A stretch of 62,334 nt of DNA, counting the filler, from Choristocarpus tenellus KU-1152 (lineage: Eukaryota > Protista > Phaeophyceae): NCBI GenBank assembly GCA_964200185.2. It is 10 parts of 10 records of this genome, joined end to end, with 100 filler letters (N's around TTAATTAATTAA, not from the genome) between each part and the next. Parts side by side here need not be neighbours in the genome. Positions count along the whole stretch, not along the records: positions 44,829 to 53,812 come from CAXNAD020004125.1; positions 53,913 to 58,275 come from CAXNAD020014905.1; positions 58,376 to 62,334 come from CAXNAD020016929.1; 7 more parts are not named here. One strand, 5' to 3'. Position numbers and translations under genes: made by a program. Below the pieces are notes generated by a model, which searched no databases, was not told the origin of the DNA, and saw nothing but the letters and a program-made list of their open reading frames with translations. Numbering within the stretch: position 1 is the first letter of the stretch; every line of letters starts with the position of its first letter. This document shows, piece by piece, positions 49,412-62,334 of this stretch.

Positions 49412-52400
49412 TCACAAGCCTTTCCCCAATACATCATCCTCCGCAACCTTGGTGGTTAGCTGTCCACATCCTGCATCAATGTCGATTCCTCTCCTCACTC
49501 TTCAGGGCAAAAAAACAGTGCAATCATTTTTAGGGAGGCGACGATCAAAGGTATTTGTGTGAGGCATGACATTACTATTCATCATGTCTATACTGCCTTC
49601 CTGTTTGTTCTGCAATAAGAACCATTACAGGTAAGAAGAGTCTGGAGGAGCATAGGAGGGGAGAGGATGGTATCTTATCCACAAGGCTTTACTGTAAAAG
49701 TTGCAATGGCATGATATACACAATAAAGGAATGGTCAAGAATTTCAGAGTACATGTTGACCCCACCCAGCCCATTGCTCCTCTAAATATGCATACTGATG
49801 CTGACCTTGGTGTAGCAGGGACACCATGATTGGCCAGCACTGCAACAAAATTCGCCATTGCCTCCGCCTGGGAAGGCCCACCCTCATAACCTTCTGTGGG
49901 ATTGAGTGGGATAATGTTGACATGACACATCCCTTTAAGTGGCCGCAGCAGCCTACCCAACTCTGATGCCACCTGCACAGTGCAAAAGGTTACATGGAGG
50001 GAAGAGTATGGAATGGCCAGATAGTGGAGACAGCACTATGTCCGGGACTCCATCGGGCAAGCAAGAATTTGCACCCAAACAACACCAAGAACTTCCACAA
50101 ATATCAACTTGGACGAGAGGAACACAATACCTTGGGTCGCCTCAAACTGTGAGGAAAGACCTGTGCGGACAAGGTGGAGATACAGATAGAAGCAGGACCT
50201 CACTATAGTGGGTGGTAGTTTCAAAGTACAATGCTATCTGAGTACCCTACAAGAATATTCCCAGCAATCACAGCCACTCAAGAACCGACCTGCTGCTGCC
50301 TTGGTCCATGACTAAAGTGAATCGTTTTGGTTCAGCATGTACAGCCCATGCTATGCATCCCACATCATGCCCTCCACAAGGAAGCCCTGCTTACCACTTA
50401 TCTTCACTAATCAAGTGTTCTCTTTTTTGTGCAACTCCTCCTCTCCCCCCTCTCCCTCACCACCTCCATCATTGCCGTATCTACTCAGTTCAGCATAAAG
50501 CCCAAAGCCACAGCCCTCCCTACTCCAGGCTCCAAAACCTTGTGGTGAAGTGCATCTCTGTGACCCAATCAGAGCAATTTAGATCAACAAGAAAGTAATG
50601 GCATCAATAACACACCCCCAGGGGTGTCATTCACCACATACGCACCTCAGAAGAGTCATTCTTGCCCTGTATAAGGGCCCACTCAAATGTCATCCTGCGC
50701 CCAGTTAAGTTCACATATTTTTGACAAGCGATCATGAGCTCCGATAGTGGGAATCGCTTGTTTACTGGAAGGAGAGCATTCCGCTCACGATCATTAGCGG
50801 CATGAAGGCTTACCGCAAGCTTCACCTGTATGATGTAGAAGACACAAGAGGTGAATTGCGTTAACAACGGGGTGTTACAGACTTGAGATAAAAAAGAAGT
50901 TAAGAGACAAAGGTCTATGGACAATCTCCACTGCTTGGACTTGGCAATACATAAACAAACCAAAGCAAAAAGAAAGAGGTGGGTTTGGAGGAGTGAATAC
51001 CTCAAACAAATCAGCATGGTTGCTGCACGGTGCAGTATTGAGACATGTGACATTGAGCATCCAATGGGCAAGTTTCCTTTCCTCTCACAACTTACCTACT
51101 ACATGAAGTAGATGCTTCGTGCGGTGTGCAACTGCGCACTAATGCAAATGTAGGAAAGTACTGGCATTCAAGAAACATCTCAACCTTATCTTTGAATCAG
51201 CAACATCTTCAATACAAGGCATTTGTACACAGGGTTAGCCCTCCTACCCCCAAGACAAACTTCAGTGTACCCCAGACTATGGATCAAGCACACAGCTGAG
51301 AATTAATAGGATTGAATCCAACACTTTCATGTCTCCTAACAAATCAAAGGTTTTGGGGTGCTGGCCTACATACAGCCTCATCAAAGCAGGCACGACACGC
51401 AAAGCCTGCAAAACCTCAACAGACAAAACACATGTGTAATACCTGCATCAACACTGGCTCTACTTTATCACACAAGATGAATCTGGGGCCAGGAAAGGAA
51501 AGATTGCCAACACCGAGATGGACATCAACAGCAAGCTTGGGGAATGGAACTGGAATCGAGTGTGACTGCTTAAGAGATGTCCTGGATGCACAAGCGTATG
51601 TTAGAGATAGCGTGTCCATACCTGAATGTCTTCTTCTGCCAGCTTCAGAATGCGGGGGACAAGACCAACTGTACTGATGGTAATGCGCCTCGCTCCAATG
51701 CCTAGTTCTTGGTTGATTCGCCTCACTGCCTCTATGACCGTGTTGTAGTTGGCCAAAGGCTCGCCCATGCCCATCAGCACCTTTGGCAGAAAAAATGGTG
51801 TCATCAGTGGTAGGTATGTGTCAGGAGAAAGAGAAATGTACTTGGTGAAGAGGTCAAGGTAGGGCTGGGTAGGGATATTGATAGGGCTGAGAACAGTGGG
51901 TAGGAAAGGACTCAACAGGGAGTATTGTAGAGGACTCCACCTTCTCACACAGAAGCTAATGCAGAATTTGGTGTAATTTGACGTAAGAAGGAAGGGGTCT
52001 GATGCACTCACAATATTCGACAGGCGTTCACCCTTTGCAGCTAGTTCCTGTGAGAACCTGTACGCCTGCTCAAATATTTCAGCAGATGTCAGCTGACGCT
52101 TGAAACCCATCTGCACAAGAGAGGGGTGTGTAGGGTAGGGACAAGGTGCTCAGCAAAAAATAAGGGCATTGTTCTATCTAGCACAACTTTTTCCGGATAG
52201 TGGTCTGACCCAAAAGCTGCTCATTGAAGACACTCAACTGCTGACTACCAAAACACAATCAGAATCACTGTACTGTTGCAGGGTGAATGAAAAGCACAAT
52301 AATGCCTTTCAAGGGTCATGGACACTCTACAACAAACCAACAAGATCAGTGAGCTGCAGTACACCAACGCCCTGTCAACCTTCCATCAAGACTCGTGTCC

Positions 52401-53812
52401 CCCTGTTGCCCACTCTGAACTTGTACCTGTTTGTAGCTAATCTAAATACCAGAAATGGACTCCACAGTCAATATTAGAAACAGTTTTCAAAAAAGAAAAC
52501 ATCCGCTAGTGTGGAATGATGCACCAAAGCCAGCTTCAGTGATTGGTGAGGGCGTAGGGATGATTGGATTCATTCTTGCAGTGGACAAAACAAATAAATA
52601 CAGGTAAGTACATGATTGGACACAATGGGGGTACAGGCAACAGACAAATAACAATGGACAAGATAGGAATGGTAGCAGGAGATGCTGCGGGGTAGCATAT
52701 GAGAGGACTGTGGAATGGGGGGGGTGCTATGAGGCTTGAGCTTAACCTTCTCAAAATGGATCCTCCCTCCCCTGTAGTCCTGTTAAGGGTTTGGACCAGA
52801 CTGTCAATAACTGCCTAATGGTTGTTCTACCTGTCCAGTTGCACAAAAGACACACCCCATTGCGCAGCCGGCCTGGGAGGATATGCATGCGGTCCTCCTG
52901 CCATCAGAATAGGGCATGAGAACTGATTCAATCAGCTGCCCATCTGCCAGTCGGTATGCCCTCTTCTTGGTTCCATCCTTACTTGTTTGCTGTGCAGCAA
53001 CCTTTGAAGAGCAGACCATGATGTGTGCATGGCAGGCAGACGGGATGAGAAGCGAGGGCAGTTTTATGAGGCATACAATTGTGCTTCAATATCCATTGAC
53101 AACACGGTTGCCAGTAAACAGTTTGTGGAATGTGCCTGTCCTTGCATTCAGGATAAATTAGAAACAAGAGTTTGACATTGTCAGAACAACTACTAAGAGC
53201 TATTCATTCACCCCCAAATAAAAAACCCTCAGTATTCTGTCTTGTACAGCAAATTGGCAGACCCAATCTCGAACCTCAAACTGGGAAGAGACGCCTCAGA
53301 GTTACCCCTATATAATATGCAAGAGCATACAAGGGAGAGTTACAGTTGAGGGAAGTCCATTCATGCTCCACCTAGGTGTTGCTACAATAGTGATTATTGC
53401 AGGACTCCTCATGAACCACAACACAGCGACGGTAGAGATACTGGCGCACTGTACATCATGTTACACAACAGAGCCTATCAAACGATCCCTAGTGAGCCTT
53501 TTCTTCCAGTATTCCTGAATTGTTGGATTTAACTCTCTGGTGCACAAAACAGCGCTAGCACCCTTTGTTAAAACATTGTGGGGAAGCATGTGGCTTGTGT
53601 AACCTATCAATGACCCTACCTATCATGACAACTCAATCCAGCCATATTTTGAATGGGGGGCTGCTCCTTACCTCAAGGCTACCCACAGTGGCCACCTCAG
53701 TCAGCTTTGCTCGGAGTGCCTTTGGTAGGTTCTGCATGTCCTCAAATGATCTTGCACCGCCTTCGTATATCCACTTCAAAACCTGCCCTGTGCGGTACTT
53801 TGGTTCCCAGAT
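49412..53812 (-). CDS. rlmN: Radical-SAM rRNA/tRNA m2A methyltransferase RlmN-like, 5'-truncated; exons 53812-53672, 53001-52831, 52110-52012, 51780-51622, 50825-50646, 49972-49806, 49499-49412
   Basis: All junctions are GT-AG and in phase. Motifs: [22 protein letters not shown] (CxxxCxxC), [30 protein letters not shown] and R|[17 protein letters not shown] is at 49412-49414. Confidence 0.96.
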
Positions 53813-56800
53813 NNNNNNNNNNNNNNNNNNNNNNNNNNNNNNNNNNNNNNNNNNNNTTAATTAATTAANNNNNNNNNNNNNNNNNNNNNNNNNNNNNNNN
53901 NNNNNNNNNNNNGGTCCAAATGGACACCCTGGTGTCGACCCCCCCCCTCCCAGATACTTTGGGTCACCAGTACAGACTCTTTTGTATTCCCGGTATTCTC
54001 TACCTTGCATGCTGCTTCTTGTTCCCTCGATGATAACACCTGCAAAGTGTCAGTAGGTATCACAGCATACTACTTCCAAGTGATGTATGCTACTATTTCA
54101 TAATTCGTAGCGTATATGTGTTTGTGTGTCCTGCAGTATGAAAAAGTAGCAAAGGTAAAGTAGAACAATTGTAATTGCCTTTAGTCGGTCAATTTAGGAG
54201 TGGGGATTTGTTATGGTCTGGCTCAAGTACAGTGCCTTATGGTTGAAGCAATAGAGGAAGGTAGAGGAGATCTGTGTTCAGTATATTTTTTCTTTAACCC
54301 TATGAGAACATAGTTTGTCCCTAATTCCTTGCTTTTGCAAGGTACCCCTTTCTAGATTTTGTTTTTCTGGGGGGGGTCCACGCTGTGGTAGGGGGTATTA
54401 TTTGACGATCGGATGTTCGTGTATCGTTCACTAGCTCTGATTCCCCTAATGCAGGGATCGAGAAGAACAATGCGACAAAAGTTCGAGTATCTGCCCACTC
54501 ACTTGGCTTGCTTTTTCCACAACTCATACATGCGTTTGTTTTGCAGTATCACCCACGAGGCAAACAGGGAAGTGCTCCAGCTACTCTCCATATGGAGGAA
54601 ATGTTTTGGTGATACAAGGATATATGCGGAAGAGATAAAAACTCCTGTGGTCTGTTAGTTGTGCAAGCTTGCAGGTGCTCTATGAGCGGATGAATGACGT
54701 TCTAGCAGTGTGTGGAGTGATGTAGAGGGTTTGGGAGGATGGATGGCCTTGATTGATATTTCTTTGCTTGCTTCTTGAGCCAACACATTGAACTGAAGTC
54801 TACCGCCTCCTGCTTGTCTTGTGCCAGTGCATTTTTCCCAGGGATTTTCATCACTACAGGCAGTTAGTGTGGCTGGGGTCCGGTCCATTGCCCCACAATG
54901 TTGAAACAGTTGACGGTCTTGGAGCAGCCTTGATACAATATTCTCGTAGCAGGCCAGGCTTAGTGTTCAAAGAGGTGGTGGTCATGGATCGACTCAATCA
55001 GGACGTATTATTATCAGGCTGACCCATGGCCTTGCCATGTCGAACTAGTCGACAACCATGGAAAAAATAGGCATTCAACTGAACTGACCCCAGTCAAGAT
55101 GGTTCTGGCTGGCCCAGTAAACACGTTTTTATATGTATTCCTTTAGCGACTCTCTTTCCTGCCATAGTGGTAAATATTGTTGGTATCAGACACAGCCTGC
55201 CACGTACTATTCTCGATGTGGCCATACGCTGACCTGGGACTCAGTTTGAATACAATCTCATATGACCCTGGCTGGTCCAGACATGTCAGAAAATATTGGA
55301 ACCTGTGCGACCCATGCACTGGACAGGTTTCATTACTTGGTGGACCCCTTCAGGGCATGTCAGAGAGCATTGGTGCCGCTCCAGCCCGCCAACTGGTGGC
55401 TTCACATTTACCCAGCATGATGAAAAACCCTGATATTTGCAAAAAAAGGAGAATTTTCTCTGCCAAAGGTTGTGTGAGGAGACTTGTCATACTCCAGGTA
55501 GTTATAAATGTTGAAATTATGTGCGGTATCAAGTGTGCGTCTTGAAAAGTAGTGGACTGTTAATCAACCAAACCAACAGCAAAGAATTGACAAAGAAGAT
55601 GAAAGATGTACAGAACATTTGAGTAAGTTCTTCTTGGTCAACTTTGTGTTCGATATCACCTTTTTGAAGTGTTGCTTTGGACCAAAGAAAAAGGTCCCAT
55701 TGCTCAATTGATAGGTCTAGGAGGTAGGAAGTAATTGGATTAGAAAAAGCTGCTTCACCAGCATGCCATCAAGGAATTGTTCATTATCATGTGTTACATA
55801 TGCATCTATCTCCAGAAGAGAGATTCAATCATACTTTGTCAGGGAATGTTAAACTCTTAGGGGTATGTTTTGCGAGTGTACTGGGAAATGGTTTGCCCAC
55901 TGGGGCATGGCTGTGTGGGTTCATATTTAGTGTGTTGAGGCGCCCAATGTACTGGGGCATTGTTCCTTGCCTGCTTGGCTCTATAGCCTTCTACTTTTGC
56001 CAAGCAGCCTAATCTCAGGGCGATGTGTGGACTGTACCAACATCTCTCCAAGCCCTAACACTGATGCAACCATTTCAGTACCGCCTGTTGCCTAGTTCTG
56101 AGTCCAATGGCAGGTTTGAACCTTGCTACACTACAGGACAGAAGAATTGGGCACATTTTAAATATTAATCATCAGACCGAGCGCAACGACAGAAATGAAA
56201 TCGAAGTCCCAACTGCAGTCCTAGTCATATCCAGTCTCTCTTTTTCTATCCTGGCCACTAAGGTCTCTCACTCTCTCTGTCCCCAATGGATAGATGCTAC
56301 AACCAAGGCTACTTTCTTTATATTTTAACGGCACGACAACCAACGATTTTGGTCAATTGCTCATCAGCAATAGATTAATCTCTTCATGGAAAAATACTGA
56401 GAAACGAAAACAAGTAAGGAAGGGCTCACATACGTCTGTTTGCCGGTTGTACCGGCGGAAAGAATAGGGAAGGGGCTAAGGGAGAGGGGGGGGGGGAGGT
56501 TATTGCATCCAGTCCGATCAAACAAAAGAACAAGTAGTTACATATCGGCATACATTCTGGAGCAACAGAACAGTAATCAGATATAGCTCTACAACAAGAA
56601 AGGGGAAAGTACATACCATCAATCAAAGGAGCATAGTTTGAGGAAGAGTCCACTATAATCTCTGCTCACCACCATCAGCCCTTCTCTACACCATCAAGAC
56701 AGGTGAAGAGGAATCCACGATAGGACCGTGAGAGGCCAGACAATAACAGACTCCCTTCACATCTTGCTCATATCCTTCATCAATATGCAATCAACTACCG

Positions 56801-57088
56801 CTCATTCACTTTTTCTTCAAAGTTTCTTCCAGCAGAACCTCAACTGCCACCTCAGTTGGTCAATCTAATTTTTTTGGAACCACTAAGACATATTCGAGGC
56901 CAACAGTTCTCAGACAGCTAAAGCAGCCAACTCGTGAAGACTCCCACCCCCCCTTTGCTCCTTCCCTTCCTCCTCGTTTCCCTCCCCTCCTTTGGCCCAT
57001 TGCTCCTGAACGGGGTCAAAATTCATTTTGACATCGTTGCTAACTTGCTGGGAGTTCCCCAGATGAGGTGTATCAAAACATCTCCTGA

Positions 57089-58200
57089 TCATCCTTCCCC
57101 TTCCTGAGGCACCATTCCGTGATTCCCTGTGCATCCATGACTGGATTGTGACTGATGCAGGAGATAGTTCATGAACCCTGTTCGCCGGGGCTGATCTGTA
57201 CCCCCTACTGTCCCCGATGTCGACCCCGTTAGCTTTCCTACCTGCGCTCCCGTTGCCTCCAATACAACTCCCATGGGGGGAGTGGCAACTGGGCTGCTGC
57301 TGTTATCTTTCCCTGTGTGGCTGACAAGATCACAATTGAGCATGATTGCTCCAGGTTTGTTGTGTATGGGGGACAACATCGTTGTAAATTGTCTTGATGG
57401 AAACCCATTGGAGTGGTACCATTGGTGGTGTTGCTGCTGTTGTATCTGCCACTGTTTCCATTGACACTGCTGGTGCTGTTCAGCCGGGGTCGGAGAGACC
57501 AGTCGGAGTTTAGAGCTAAATCCCTCCACGGTGGAGGTCAGGTTTGGGGAGAGGGGACTGTTCTCCTCCTCAAAACTGGGTGTGTGTACTCCACTGAGCT
57601 CCAGTCTACTGGGCTCCACTTCTGTTCCCTCCTCTTCTCCCTGCTCAACTGCCTTGGCAACTCCCTCCATTCTATCTTCTTTGTTAACCCCACAATCTTT
57701 TGCTACCTTGATATCTCCCGATGGTGACACCAAGACGCAGCTATGGTTGGTTTCATGAGAGCTGTCGAGAGCAAGTGGTGGTGACGGCAATGGTAGTGAT
57801 ATGGGAGCCCGTGTGACCTCCTCATCGAAATCCAAGTCAAAGAATCCTTTTGTGTCAAAGGGATGAAGTTCAACCTCTTTCTGAAAGTGTAGGTCATCCA
57901 TCTTTAGCTCTCCAACCCTGGCGATGGCCTCTGCACTAAGGCATGTGTCAAAGGCTGGAGGGGAAATATCACTTTGACATAAAGCTGTAGCTCTGTGTTT
58001 GATGTCAACAGAGGAACCGAGATTGCATAAAGGGTAGCTGAGCTTTGCTGCACACAGGTCAGAACTAGAGCACACCTCAACTGAATCATTACTCTCCAAG
58101 TGGTATCCTTTATCTCCATTGCCATCCCTCCTTTGCCCCTCTTCCCTCTCCTCCTCTGTTTCTTCTTCCTGGCCCTCCTCCTCCTTCCTCCCCTCCTCCC
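57089..58200 (-). CDS. Long low-complexity (S/P/E/Q-rich) exon of an unknown gene; 5' part runs into a purine-rich tract and the contig end
   Basis: At least 336 open codons, the longest ORF in the window, and the frame stays open upstream of the called TTG start. No domain is recognised. Confidence 0.55.
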
Positions 58201-59293
58201 CCTCCCCCTCCCCCTCCTCCTCCCCCTCCTCCTCCTGCCCCCCCCCCTCCTCTTCCTTCCCTATACCTTCCTCCCNNNNNNNNNNNNNNNNNNNNNNNNN
58301 NNNNNNNNNNNNNNNNNNNTTAATTAATTAANNNNNNNNNNNNNNNNNNNNNNNNNNNNNNNNNNNNNNNNNNNNCACCCACCCACCCTTTCGTTTGATC
58401 ACAATCAAGTGAGATGTTGGGGAAGGGGTGGGGGGGATCAAGTTCGGGCGTGGTAGATGTCCTCTAGTTCAAAGTCACGGTATTAAAGTGGATGATTGGA
58501 GGGGTGTTCTTGGATGAATGTGGATTGTTATGGAGTGGTGTTTTGGGATAAATGTGGACTGGTGTTGAGAGATGTGGTGGAGAATGGTGTGGTGTAGTGG
58601 AAAGTAGTGGAAGGTGTTGTGGAGGAAGATGGATAGGTTTTCTAAAATTGAACGTATTGGTTGGTGAACAGTGGTGAAATCAGTGGCGAGTTTTGGTTGC
58701 ACTGTTTGGTCAACAGTGGTGTTACGATTGTTGAGGAGTAGTAGAATGGATGGGATGCTAAGATGGGGCCATTTAAAAATCCATAAGATGTGAGTAAAGC
58801 AAAAGTTTAAGTTAACAATAATATTGTTCTTCTTCTTCTCATTATTTTTATTATCATTGTTGTAATTAAGCTATAGACATATTATACGCATCTTTTTATC
58901 GTAATATGTTCTTTTTATTATTATTCTATCACCTGCTATTGTTGTACGATTCGTCCGAGAAACCTTGTCCCCTCTCCTTCAGTGATGATGTATGAAGGAG
59001 GAGTACGATTTTGGAAAACATGCAAGTGATTGGGGAACTGTTTGGCATGCCACCCTCTCGCATTATGAGGGCACCTCTAGGGGTCACTACCCATGCTCTC
59101 TGTATTGCACACTCTTTATCTTCTTCAGAATACCTTCTTGAGCTACCGAAAATGCAGCTAAGTAACAAAGATCCTCCCACACAGGCCCATACACTGTTTC
59201 ACAGATGCTTGTTCATGGCCACCTCTTGCCCAGATTGGGTTTCTCACTTGTGAGATAATTTTTTTATTTCCTCTTGCTACTTTTTTTTTCCAG

Positions 59294-61971
59294 GGAGGGG
59301 TACAGTGCCTCTTGACTTCGCATCGAGCAGTTCCTGCGTTGGGTGAGGTGAGTTGTAAACTATTTCTATGAGGCTTGTGTCTTCCTCGAGTCTGTAGAAT
59401 GCCTTTGCGTTGGAATAGAACCAGTCCTAACTATAGCTTAAGCTTGTCCTAAAGCGGGTCTTAGCATTCGCTATGTGTCCGAATTTCTACAGAAAAGGGC
59501 TCTGCCTTCAGCCCATGTTGCCTGAAGAAAGTTGTTTTTGAGAAGAGATATTGCTAATAGGGGGAAGATACTGTTATCGTTAATCTGCAGCATGAAGTGC
59601 TTTAATGCAGCCATCAGGAAGGAGTGACCAGAACAATGAGCAGTTCTCCTTTCCAACAAGGCAAACACTATTGTTGCCGTTCTACAACATACAACATTGT
59701 CATGACTGTTAGAATTGAAGTAACAGAAAAATGGGGTAGTGGTCCTTGCCCTTGAAACTACATGTAAGATATGAGGGACCTTGTAGGTTCAAACCACTAT
59801 ATGAGAGTAAAAGTATCTTAGAGGGGACAAGTTTTGCCCTGTTTGTCCATTTGGGGCTGGCTTCCCACCGTTTTTTTGAGACATTTTCCTATTCTGAATA
59901 TTTCGGAACTAGAAAAATGCGTACGTTTTGGAGTAGGTTTCAAGAATAAATCTATAAAAGGTGTGTCTGGAAGAAGGTTATTGGTACTTCCTCACAAACA
60001 CAATAGCAAATTTTCATCAAAATCGCAACACTGTATTTATCCCCCAAATGGACGCTGCTGTACCCTCTAAGATACTTTCACTCTGAGGTGTTGGAGACGA
60101 TGTGATTCTGGAACTTCCTTTGCAATTTGCTACTTGGCCAGTACATTTTGTTTTGTATGTAGTATTACTACAACCAAATTAGGACTCTTATTCTGTCCTA
60201 TTTTTCTTTTACACTGGGGGCTTAGACACTTCTTCCTTCAGGAACACAGCATGAAGCAAGGTAGAACCAACCTACGAATCCAAACCCAAGGAATCAAATA
60301 ATAAAATTCCAATCCTAGAATTTCTGGATCCCCCTAACATCTCCTTTACACCTACGCTATCTAACCAGATATGTCTCAAGACACTAATCAATCTCTCGTG
60401 GCTTGGACGGCGCCCTGATGCCAAGCTTGATGAGCTCAATGATGCTGCCTTGCAGGTAACTGAGACACCACCCTTCTGATAAATTGATATCTAAGGGGGT
60501 ACCACACTCCTGCCTTCCCTCTATCTAGATTTTTGTAGGAGAAGTGTGCTCGAGTCATGGGAACAGTGAAATTAAGAAGTGAAATCACAAAAAGATTAAG
60601 GAGGGGAGGGCATGGTACAGAAAGCAGCATGCACACCAATGAAGTGGCCTAAATATTTAAATCAATTCAACATTTTTCAGATTTGACCATATCCTCCAAC
60701 ATCTGAATGTATATTTTCAACTTCCCTTCCACCTGTATCGCCCCAATTCATTCAACATCAATGTTTCAGATGGACAATTCTGTGGAGGACAACAAAGATC
60801 TGGAGAGGCTAGTCATCCAGCTCTTGTGCAACCTCTCCAGTTTTAAGAACAACCAGCAGAGGTTAGGTGAGGGTGCTGTACATACACTGCTTTGACTAAT
60901 GGCAGGACTCGCATGCATACTCAAGTGACATTTTTCCAGTGGGCCAACCTACTCTTTGGTGTGAATGCTTGTTCTCTTTATGCAGTGGAGGAAGGGGCCA
61001 TCCGCATTGTAGCTAGAGCTGTGCAACGAACCCACTCTGCGGATGTGCTGCACCTATGTGCAAGCACCTTGTGCAACTTTGCTAGTGATAGTCGAGCACG
61101 CCCAAAGATGTCCAACCAGCGGACAGCACAGGTGGGGTGTCCATGACGGTATGGCTGTGTTGGTCCATTCACTTTGGTGGACGAGTCCAACAATGGCATG
61201 AGTGACTCTGACGTGTGAGAAGTAAAAGGATGAGAACGATATGACATGCACTCAGGATACTAATAACTCTCTGTGATGTACATGGCATGTATGATCCGCA
61301 TGTCTCTACAGGTGAGTCACTCATTCTATTTTCATTTACAAGTACCCTTGAACACAAAATGAGTACTGCCTTGGTACAGTTGGCATACCATAAAAAGCAA
61401 TATGGTAGGTAATACGCTGGAGTGAGTTGAGTTGTATGCGTAAAGCAAATACTCTGAAGCAGCAGAAGCGAAGGTGGCCCTCCTGTTTTGCCCTACCCTG
61501 AAGATCATCACCTGATGTATTCTTTCCTTGTACTGCCAATTGATATGTCCAGATTTTTTCTTCTGCAGTCTATATGCCCACCAATAACCCCTCCCTCCAC
61601 AAATCTCCACCATATGCCCCTAACACCAGCCTCCAATCCCCGCCTATGCTCTCTCAATATGACCTTATCAATTCGCCATGCTAAATTAGGCCTCCTCTTA
61701 AGACCCCATATGCTCACCAAATGCTTTGCTCACTTCCACCATATATCATCACGGTAGACCAACCCAAACCTCCCCCTCCACGGGGATGAATATGGCAGGC
61801 TCTATTGGACTTGACCAAACACAAGGAGGTGAAGATAAAGCAAGAGGTAGCACACACTATGGCGAGACTGGTTGCAGATATTAGCTGCCGGGAAAAACTT
61901 CTCCAGTATGGGATCATTCCTATCCTCATCAACATGTGCTCTTCTTCTCGGATGGACCACGTCACTGGAAG
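59294..61971 (+). CDS. Armadillo-repeat protein, internal exons 59294-59347, 60369-60455, 60770-60866, 60986-61131, 61799-61971
   Basis: In-phase GT-AG joins give ICLKTLINLS..., LVIQLLCNLSSFKNNQQRL/VEEGAIRIV, LCASTLCNFASDSRARPKM and EVAHTMARLVADISCREKLLQYGIIPILINM. The recurring L.NL(S/A) and EG.I..L patterns are typical of ARM repeats. Confidence 0.85.
59805..60083 (+). mobile_element. MITE family A copy in an ARM-gene intron; 3-bp flanks TGA/TGA
   Basis: gagtaaaagtatcttagagggga ... taccctctaagatactttcactc. Confidence 0.9.
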
Positions 61972-62267
61972 GTTGGTGGTATGGGCAAGTATTCATAGGG
62001 GGCAGAGGGCGGGGTGGGAAAGGTGTATGGGGCTATATAGTTGAGGACAACTAGCAGATGTGCATGTTGTGGGGCTCAGAAATCTGGAAGGGATACTTAG
62101 TGACGACCTGTAAGAAGGTAAGCTGGAGCGCGGGGGGGGGGGATGCTTCGAATGCAGGGAGGGTGAGTAGGGATGAGGGAAATATCACTTAAGGTGCAAG
62201 GGAGAGAGGAAATATTCGGTGTAGGGGAGAGCAACCAAAACGCAAATTGAAGAAGGATGGTAGAGAA

Positions 62268-62334
62268 GAGTGAAAGTATCATAGAGGGTACGAGTTTTTC
62301 CCTGTTTGTCCATTTGGGGCTTGGCTTCCTGTGG
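62268..62334 (+). mobile_element. MITE family A left end, cut by the window end
   Basis: gagtgaaagtatcatagagggtacgagtttttccctgtttgtccatttggggcttggcttcc. Confidence 0.88.

Noticed and set aside
54300-56050. Possible decayed transposase
   Set aside because: The texture looks coding, but I could not identify ordered diagnostic motifs.
7220-61971. P450, TatD, RlmN, ARM and At4g14100-like genes as a functional cluster or defence system
   Set aside because: Each lies on a different contig joined by artificial linkers, so there is no evidence of real linkage.

Overview
This is eukaryotic, intron-rich and repeat-rich DNA. The TTAGGG tracts, the LINE type and the gene style suggest a stramenopile, probably a brown alga or relative; that assignment is inference. 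The window is not one locus. Nine identical 100-bp linkers (N44-TTAATTAATTAA-N44) join ten contigs, so adjacency across a linker is not reliable. Spliced host genes rebuilt by hand with GT-AG sites: (1) a complete but structurally atypical cytochrome P450 (7 exons, - strand, 15016-18924; one donor unresolved); (2) a 5'-truncated radical-SAM rRNA/tRNA methyltransferase RlmN (7 exons, 49412-53812); (3) internal exons of a TatD nuclease; (4) the 3' exons of an At4g14100-like protein; (5) five exons of an armadillo-repeat protein; and (6) one long low-complexity exon. Most of the rest is decayed transposons: two plant-type mariners, a hAT, a Helitron helicase, a Gypsy integrase, two LINE 3' ends, possible MULEs, and three related MITE families of about 180-280 bp that sit at many contig breaks. 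The most notable observations are the P450 with a non-canonical I-helix and a bacterial-like short J-K region, telomere repeats that appear to have been written into internal sites (including inside a MITE terminal repeat), a template-switch-like repeat and hairpin, and CpG-directed decay of transposons. I found no clear novel multi-gene system, and the fragmentation limits what can be claimed.
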